A stretch of 64,000 bases of DNA from Neophaeotheca triangularis (Eukaryota): NCBI GenBank assembly GCA_054600435.1, contig BAAIJX010000006.1, positions 558,001 to 622,000 on the forward strand, given 5' to 3'. Below are positions 58,901 through 64,000 of the stretch, one piece after another. A program made the translations under genes and the position numbers. The notes below the pieces were generated by a model. It had not been told where the DNA came from, did not search any database, and saw nothing but the letters and a program-made list of their open reading frames with translations. Every line of letters begins with the position of its first letter. The first letter of the stretch is position 1.

Positions 58901-60324
58901 GGAGGTGGCATCTCCCCGCTGGGGTTCCTCGAGTGGCTAGGGCTGGGTTTGTGGAATACATGTTGAGTGCCTATTGAAGTAGGCCTTGAGCCGTTGCGCG
59001 ATGTCCTAGGGGAAGCCTCTTCGGTAATGGTTGGTACAGTTGCACCGCGCTCCGCTTGTCTCTGTTGCGCAGTTGCCGCGGATGGAACCCTGCTCATGAT
59101 CGGACTAATGCCTGCAGTGCTGTCGGTGTTGCTTCTGCTGACCCCGCTACCATCTCCCAGGGACTGCGATTCGTCTCTCGATACTGGGGTGTCCGGCACA
59201 GAATGGTCACCATCTTTCGGTTCGAAGGCTTCATCGACAGCGCCTCTGAATTTTTGACCCGGCTGATCGTGCAGGCTCTTGTCGTCAGATGACGTCCGTC
59301 GCTCTACCCAGGCTTCTGATGTCGGGTCTTCGCGTTGTGATGCTGGTCTTTCAACAGCCGAGGGGGACTGAGGAGCATCGCCGCGAATAAAGTCCATTCC
59401 AAAACCGCTCACTCTACTAACAAGAGGCAATGTCGGGCTTGTGTTGCTCTGACGGTGCGGTTCAGGCAAGAGCGTGTTGGGGGCCGAAGCTTGCTCTGCA
59501 GGAGGGCTTGCTGCGACCTGGGCGCCCAGGGCTCTCGCAAGGGCTGGATTGTCGACTGAGAATCCCTGAAACTCCTTTTGGCCCCTCTCGCTACTCATGC
59601 TTGATCTCCCTTGGAACGGTGGTACCGGGGGCGCCTCCTCAGCCTCCTTGGAGACTTCGTTGACCGGGCCTAGACTTAGCCTTCTACCAGAAGATGAAGT
59701 ATCGATGCTCTGTCTCCCGGTCAGTGGCGATGTGGTATCCCGTTGTATCGAGTCCATGCTTGGCCTTGCAGATTCCATGCTTTGCCTCTCTTTTTCCTTC
59801 TCATCTGCCATTCGCTTGTAGATATCGCTAGGCCTGATGAAGGGCAGCGGCTTATCTGTAGCAGGTGTCTTGTCGTTCGCAGGCGCCGGCTCCGGGATTG
59901 AACTTGCGCTGCTCAAGCTGCTCTTTCGCGGGGGGAAGCGTTCCCCTGTCGGAGCTGGAGAAGCTCGCGTTTGCAAAGGCGCGGGCACCTGGGCAGGGTT
60001 GGAGAACTCTCTTCGTCGAGCACTGTCTATGCTCCTCGTGGGAGAAGTTTCGCCGTACATATTCTGCTGCGGGCCTGTGAAGTGACTAGTCTCGTCACCC
60101 GCATCGAAGCTATTGGCCCTTGGCATCCTGCTACTTTGCGATTGAGCGTACGGGGGTTGAGGGGGCGCAGGTGGCTCGTCCTGCCCGCCGTAGCCATCAT
60201 CGTACTCATCGTAGCCTCCCCAGTCGTCGCCGTCGTAGTTGTAAGTCTTGGCTTGCTGCCATTTCTGAGTCTTGTTGCGATTGGGCACGGTCCGGTAGGA
60301 GATGGGTTGTTGTTGTCCCGACAT
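55987..60324 (-). CDS. Large disordered protein, Fyv8-like N-terminus (~1445 aa)
   Basis: ATG 60324 MSGQQQPISYRTVPNRNKTQKWQQAKTYNYDGDDWGGYDEY resembles the yeast Fyv8 N-terminal W...YDG..W motif (recalled, not searched). Other ordered blocks: LPFIRPSDIYKRM, VESDRLRKDIVRSL, IPPFREILAIK...RIAAYDSTR...DTGLSAWL. Confidence 0.85.
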   Translation of the reverse strand: MSGQQQPISYRTVPNRNKTQKWQQAKTYNYDGDDWGGYDEYDDGYGGQDEPPAPPQPPYAQSQSSRMPRANSFDAGDETSHFTGPQQNMYGETSPTRSIDSARRREFSNPAQVPAPLQTRASPAPTGERFPPRKSSLSSASSIPEPAPANDKTPATDKPLPFIRPSDIYKRMADEKEKERQSMESARPSMDSIQRDTTSPLTGRQSIDTSSSGRRLSLGPVNEVSKEAEEAPPVPPFQGRSSMSSERGQKEFQGFSVDNPALARALGAQVAASPPAEQASAPNTLLPEPHRQSNTSPTLPLVSRVSGFGMDFIRGDAPQSPSAVERPASQREDPTSEAWVERRTSSDDKSLHDQPGQKFRGAVDEAFEPKDGDHSVPDTPVSRDESQSLGDGSGVSRSNTDSTAGISPIMSRVPSAATAQQRQAERGATVPTITEEASPRTSRNGSRPTSIGTQHVFHKPSPSHSRNPSGEMPPPDRASWNTPSPNNSPARTPALEDAGSRRVSAPMAAETFPTLETPDVYDQGMEVPEANLHPSETPASQVDEVGTLQQSSAGNDLPRAGRGRSGTDYSKRESDLAEDINAVDNKGAYSPEAAEQEKENQREFLRLHTINSSQPGSPVTPGSGWGHKSPPGNSYGFPGFQRSTTPGSIPSGRESPAKSRVREIATKYNDIDDASRRNSAISTTSSKSSWSNFGGSRENLAQMPAPLSSKHSGIKEGTEDRDSSERSMSGSPDPMLPNYGNDGTVNDSRDITPTARPAPQTAPSFRPHLPGEWVSAAPTPAAEQPSERDGQEGIRQEDNIRTSPPTPRGMPYAGPDETIDITPTNKTSLNTGSNSQGESGNPLTSVKGAGEALGAALVSNMGLGHQTHDFASNEPPAPVEQPENTREPTGEYHGDSVRPLHLQRFESDTGTNVTSAASSVPPTPPAKDTPKMPSEYPADDSDERPVSGYFSQPVQLSPLRPGGTASRDSVGRLRPTVLPTVSTDTHASDVESDRLRKDIVRSLNPEERENIKRESILEELEDQDRTQDALDAPENARRVDEGEDPLPAAETRPIPTISTESTEDASETPQKPSMLDQRFSWENKSPNAGRLIDPKTLTTPSFAQDPNAIAPEQPYERPRSRQGLHIVNPNISDSDDEPETPVAVREPAAAESAMSSDALPVGTAAVVGAGAAGLASKASGERDRDDDGADDEAENMRQLDPAPIDVDDDVNDRTSHIPSYYGGALDSPGLQHTTSQQSSTAIGEDTGAPTPLPKDDDEPLTAAKNRQSSGGRIPPFREILAIKDYNQRIAAYDSTRTIFAEQDTGLSAWLTQMKENNADYDLHSPSDYKPSALPSSTLGRIAVGHKHSPSIMKYANRLGGNDGARRASAGVPAGQTPAQTSSGDTAGGQGHHAEHLQARGKDLMKSATVLGGKAGTSAKGWLAKGKSRLGGTRSASGPGADGKVG

Positions 60325-61029
60325 AGTGTGAGCGCGCACGTAGCAAGCGCGAGAGGATGTTGCCGTATCCTATGTAATGACCGCGAGCATGTCGGTACAG
60401 CAGATTACGATGCCTGCTAGCTCCAAGGTGGACAGCTGTGAGGCTGACGACAACAGCTGCTTCGCCTCGTTTGAAGCTGCGCGGACTCACTCCCAGAGCG
60501 GAAGTCAAGTGGGTGATATTACTGTGGTATAGGTGATTGGCGGTAGTGATTGATTGAGACGAGGTGAGGTGAGGTCGCAAAGTGGAGGTGTGGTTCGAGC
60601 GTAGTTCAGGTAGAGTGCAATCTACTGAGAGACTCCCCCTGCCCGTGGTGACAGCGACCTTGCAGCAGTTGGCACTGAGGTGGCTCGAAGCGGCAAGGCA
60701 AGGCTGGCGGCCACTGCGGCGTGGCTGGCGCCTGCTCGGCAGTCGGGGCTCGGGGGTCGGGGGTCCGGTCTAATCCGCCCCGATGCTCCGCTCCCGCTTT
60801 GTTCGACGCGCTGGACTTGGCGTCACGTTGCAGTCGGCTGTTCCTCCCTGACATGCATGCATTCAATCTGACGCTAAGGCCGCGACTTTACCCGTAACCA
60901 CCACCACCTCTCCACCACTCCTTGGTAGTATACTGCCTACGACTACCACTACTGGCACCCTCCCACACTCTCCCTGATCTGGTAACGCCAACGACAGTCT
61001 TTGGCCGCCCGACTCTATTCCTCTCCGCC

Positions 61030-62094
61030 ATGGCGACCATGACTGTGACCTCCTCAATCCAGGACCGGACCCCCGAGTTCCGTTCCATCCTCGCCCAAGC
61101 ACAGAAGACCATCGCCCGGCAGAGGAAACAAGGCGGCGGGGCTCAAGCGCAGCCCCTCCTCCCTTCGCCACAACACGATGGCACAGCGACACCTCCTACC
61201 CGAAAACAGAGGTCCGAGTTTGCGCGCAACGCTGCCGCCATTGGCCGCGGCATAAGCGCAACCATGGGCAAACTACAGAGACTTGGCGAACTGGCACGGC
61301 GGAAGACATTGTTCGACGACAGACCCGTCGAGATCAACGAATTGACCTACGTCATAAAGCAAGACCTCGCGCGCCTTAACCAGCAGATCGGCCAGTTGCA
61401 GCAACTCTCCCGTGGTCAGCAACAAAGCAGTGGCAAGGTCGGGCAGGAGGGTGAGCACAACAAGAACGTGGTCGTCTTGCTGCAAGGCAAACTCGCAGAT
61501 GTCGGTGTCAATTTCAAGGAGGTGCTCGAAGTCCGGACGAAGAACATTCAAGCCAGTCGAAGTAGACAGGACAACTTTGTTTCTTCGCTTAGCCAACAAA
61601 ACCAAAACTCGGGTCTCGATGCGGGCCGAACAGATTCGCCTCTATACAACACGCCCTCGCGAGGCCGCAGTCCCAAACCCCCTGCCGGCGCCAATGGCCA
61701 ACAACAGGACCTTCTTTCGCTTGACCCCTCCTCAGGCGGCTCGCCATTGTACTCGGGCTCAGGGCAGCAATCGCAACAGCAGCTACAAATTATGGAGGAA
61801 GGCGCATCATCAAACTCGTACATTCAACAGCGCGGTGAGGCCATTGAAGGAATCGAGCGCACGATAAACGAGCTCGGCGGCATCTTCGGCCAACTGGCGC
61901 AAATGGTATCCGAACAAGCCGAGCAGATTCAGCGAATTGACGCAAACACCGACGATGTGGTCGACAATGTAGAAGGAGCGCAACGGGAGTTGATGAAGTA
62001 CTGGAGCAGAGTGCAAGGCAATAGGTGGCTTGTGGCTAAGATGTTTGGCGTTCTTATGGTATTTTTCCTCATTTGGGTTTTGGTCGCTGGCTGA
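61030..62094 (+). CDS. SED5: cis-Golgi Qa-SNARE syntaxin-5/Sed5
   Basis: N-peptide IQDRTPEF, RSEFARNAAAIG, KTLFDDRPVEINELTYVIKQD, SNARE motif IERTINELGGIFGQLAQMVSEQAEQIQRID, C-terminal TM NRWLVAKMFGVLMVFFLIWVLV. Confidence 0.97.
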   Translation: MATMTVTSSIQDRTPEFRSILAQAQKTIARQRKQGGGAQAQPLLPSPQHDGTATPPTRKQRSEFARNAAAIGRGISATMGKLQRLGELARRKTLFDDRPVEINELTYVIKQDLARLNQQIGQLQQLSRGQQQSSGKVGQEGEHNKNVVVLLQGKLADVGVNFKEVLEVRTKNIQASRSRQDNFVSSLSQQNQNSGLDAGRTDSPLYNTPSRGRSPKPPAGANGQQQDLLSLDPSSGGSPLYSGSGQQSQQQLQIMEEGASSNSYIQQRGEAIEGIERTINELGGIFGQLAQMVSEQAEQIQRIDANTDDVVDNVEGAQRELMKYWSRVQGNRWLVAKMFGVLMVFFLIWVLVAG

Positions 62095-62582
62095 GGGCCA
62101 GGCTTCCAGGATGCCGTCTTTTTGGATTCCCGCGTTCTGCGGAATGGGCTGGTAGCATGGCGCGTGGAGTTTGAAACTTTCTAGAATTGGAACATCGCAT
62201 TGGGCAAAGAGCTGGTACTCGCAAGGAATTTCGGGCTACAGGATGAGACTTGGGTACAGGTACATAACACGCCCTCGAAGTGGGCACTATTAATCGTCTA
62301 CAACAAGCACTTACGGTCGCCCCATCTCTCTGCATTTGCACTGTCGATCACTTCTGGATGTCTCGCCGTCGAGCTCCAACAAAAGCAAAAGCTCGAATCT
62401 GAGACCTGCTCTCACTATCAGCATCCTGAGCCATACCACGACCTAAGACACAGGCAAACCAACTCACTGGACCCAACTTCCAGACATCACTTGACAGCGA
62501 CCAGGATGCACGAGACCGACCCACTACACGTCACTCATCCTCACTACCAGTCACACCTCACCTACCGCGACAATAGCAAGTC

Positions 62583-64000
62583 ATGTGTATGGTTCTCCCC
62601 TTTTGTTACCTCACATGCTGTTATTTGCCCTCAAAAACTCATGAACGCACTGCACAGATCTTACGAAATACAGAACCAGCGCAGCAAAAGCAAAAGCAAA
62701 GGCATGCTCATACACAAAACACGGAGCAAGACCCAAGCCAAAGATATCGATTACGAAGTGAGGCCCGGGCTGCCGTTGAGGAAGCTTATGCGGCGAGCTA
62801 TTCGAGACCTCACTCGACAATACTACACCCGGACCCCCGTGAACTGATTCTGCAGCGTGTGCGCCGCCGTCTACAGGTTACGATGAGAAATGATCGCTCA
62901 CATGCATCAGTCGATTGGACAAACCCGGCATCTTATGAGCTAGAGGCTGTCGCCTTGGCTGCATCCGAGTCGAAGGAAGACGATGGAGGCGTCACCGAAC
63001 CCGATATGAATCACAGCGTGCCACCGACAGATGAAGGAAGAAGTGGCTCTTCGTGCGATGTCTTCTACGATGCCGTTGGCGAAGCTTACCCGTCGGAAAC
63101 GCCCTTGATGCCGACGCGACCAGATGGCTGCACCTGCCTCGAGGAAGCGATGCCGCTCTACCCAAAAGGGATCGACCCGTTCGCTCAGTGGTATCGAGAG
63201 AACTACGAGCGACGCATCCGAGAGATGCAAAAGATGAAACGCTACGGCGTCCTTATCCCGACTCCACCTGGAACTCCTCACTCGGAGGATGGTGCAGCTC
63301 TGCCGTCATCTGTGCGGGAGGCATCAGCGCTCAATGACGATAAAATGGAAGCGCCTATTCAAGATCCTCAGCAGGAAATCAAGACTCGGCCTACAGTACC
63401 CTCGCCAACCTCCTCAACTCCAGCGATCGCCCATCAAAACGCTCTCCTGAACTCCTCAAGCCCCCTGACCGTACAAACCAACCAAACAACCCCTTCTTCC
63501 TCCCCAAACCTCGATGCAGCCTGGCGCATTCGCCGACCACGTAAACTCAACACCATGCCAGCGACCCGATTCAATCCCTCCAACGGCACCGAACCCATTT
63601 TAGACCCTCAACCCGCCCTTTCAAGCCTACACTTTCCCCGCACTCCTCGTGCCACACCGCCCAGCCCAGCTTCTAAACACCCCAAGTCCCTCCTCGACCC
63701 CCCTAGCACATCGTCTACGAGCAACAGACTCGATCTCTCCGAATTCCTCGCTGCAGCCCCCGAACCCACGATGGCGCAGCAGCGCCCAATGTTACCAACC
63801 ACGTTCACAGCCACCCCTCTCAACAGCTACAGCGGTGTGGATCGAAGCAATCCAAGCGTCGTCGGGAATGGTTCAGCGGCTTCGGTGGGGAGGAGGGAGA
63901 AGCCTCTACCCCAACTTCCCAGACGCAGGGGTAGGAGGGGTTTTGGGACGGCAGTTGCGATGGCGCTGGAGAGGCAGGCGGAAGCTTTTATCGCTGCTAG
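62583..64000 (+). CDS. Hypothetical protein, 3'-truncated by the window end (absent from the ORF track)
   Basis: The frame from ATG 62583 (MCMVLPFCYLTCCYLPSK...) has no stop through 64000, more than 470 codons. Includes DPFAQWYRENYERRIREMQKMKRYG and a P/S/T-rich tail. Confidence 0.65.
   Translation, partial: MCMVLPFCYLTCCYLPSKTHERTAQILRNTEPAQQKQKQRHAHTQNTEQDPSQRYRLRSEARAAVEEAYAASYSRPHSTILHPDPRELILQRVRRRLQVTMRNDRSHASVDWTNPASYELEAVALAASESKEDDGGVTEPDMNHSVPPTDEGRSGSSCDVFYDAVGEAYPSETPLMPTRPDGCTCLEEAMPLYPKGIDPFAQWYRENYERRIREMQKMKRYGVLIPTPPGTPHSEDGAALPSSVREASALNDDKMEAPIQDPQQEIKTRPTVPSPTSSTPAIAHQNALLNSSSPLTVQTNQTTPSSSPNLDAAWRIRRPRKLNTMPATRFNPSNGTEPILDPQPALSSLHFPRTPRATPPSPASKHPKSLLDPPSTSSTSNRLDLSEFLAAAPEPTMAQQRPMLPTTFTATPLNSYSGVDRSNPSVVGNGSAASVGRREKPLPQLPRRRGRRGFGTAVAMALERQAEAFIAA

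Noticed and set aside
60922..61029. N-terminal extension of SED5, reminiscent of the long syntaxin-5 isoform
   Set aside because: It starts at TTG and has no RKR-type ER-retrieval signal. The ATG at 61030 is in good context next to the conserved DRTxEF N-peptide.
1..64000. Transposons, CRISPR arrays, tRNA/rRNA, secondary-metabolite cluster
   Set aside because: I saw no transposase/RT/integrase ORFs, LTRs or TIRs, spaced repeats, cloverleafs, or PKS/NRPS genes.

Overview
This is gene-dense eukaryotic DNA from a filamentous ascomycete (Pezizomycotina; Dothideomycete-like is my guess). The evidence is short GT-AG introns with CTAAC/CTGAC branch sites and fungal housekeeping genes. I built about 25 gene models by hand, and every spliced model given below has exon lengths that sum in frame. 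Recognisable genes: a CFEM GPI protein, two F-box proteins, an ABC1/UbiB kinase, two type-B carboxylesterases, SPT16, a mitochondrial-carrier-like protein, NOP6, an MFS transporter, ISD11, a DED1-like DEAD-box helicase, SNX3, POP7/Rpp20, LIP2 and SED5. There are also several large disordered proteins. I found no tRNA, rRNA, transposon or CRISPR features. The most unusual locus is 14.0-21.2 kb. There a NACHT (NLR-like) gene sits between two same-strand paralogous CAX/VCX1-like membrane genes, and both paralogs have lost the canonical GNxxE(H) ion-binding motifs in the same way. The NLR is head-to-head with the second copy, and a GC-AG intron separates its N-terminal helical domain from the NACHT. 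The second highlight is two apparently separate large ORFs at 51.9-60.3 kb that can be joined in frame into one ~2,740-aa protein by an alternatively used intron. Family assignments come from motif recall, not database searches.
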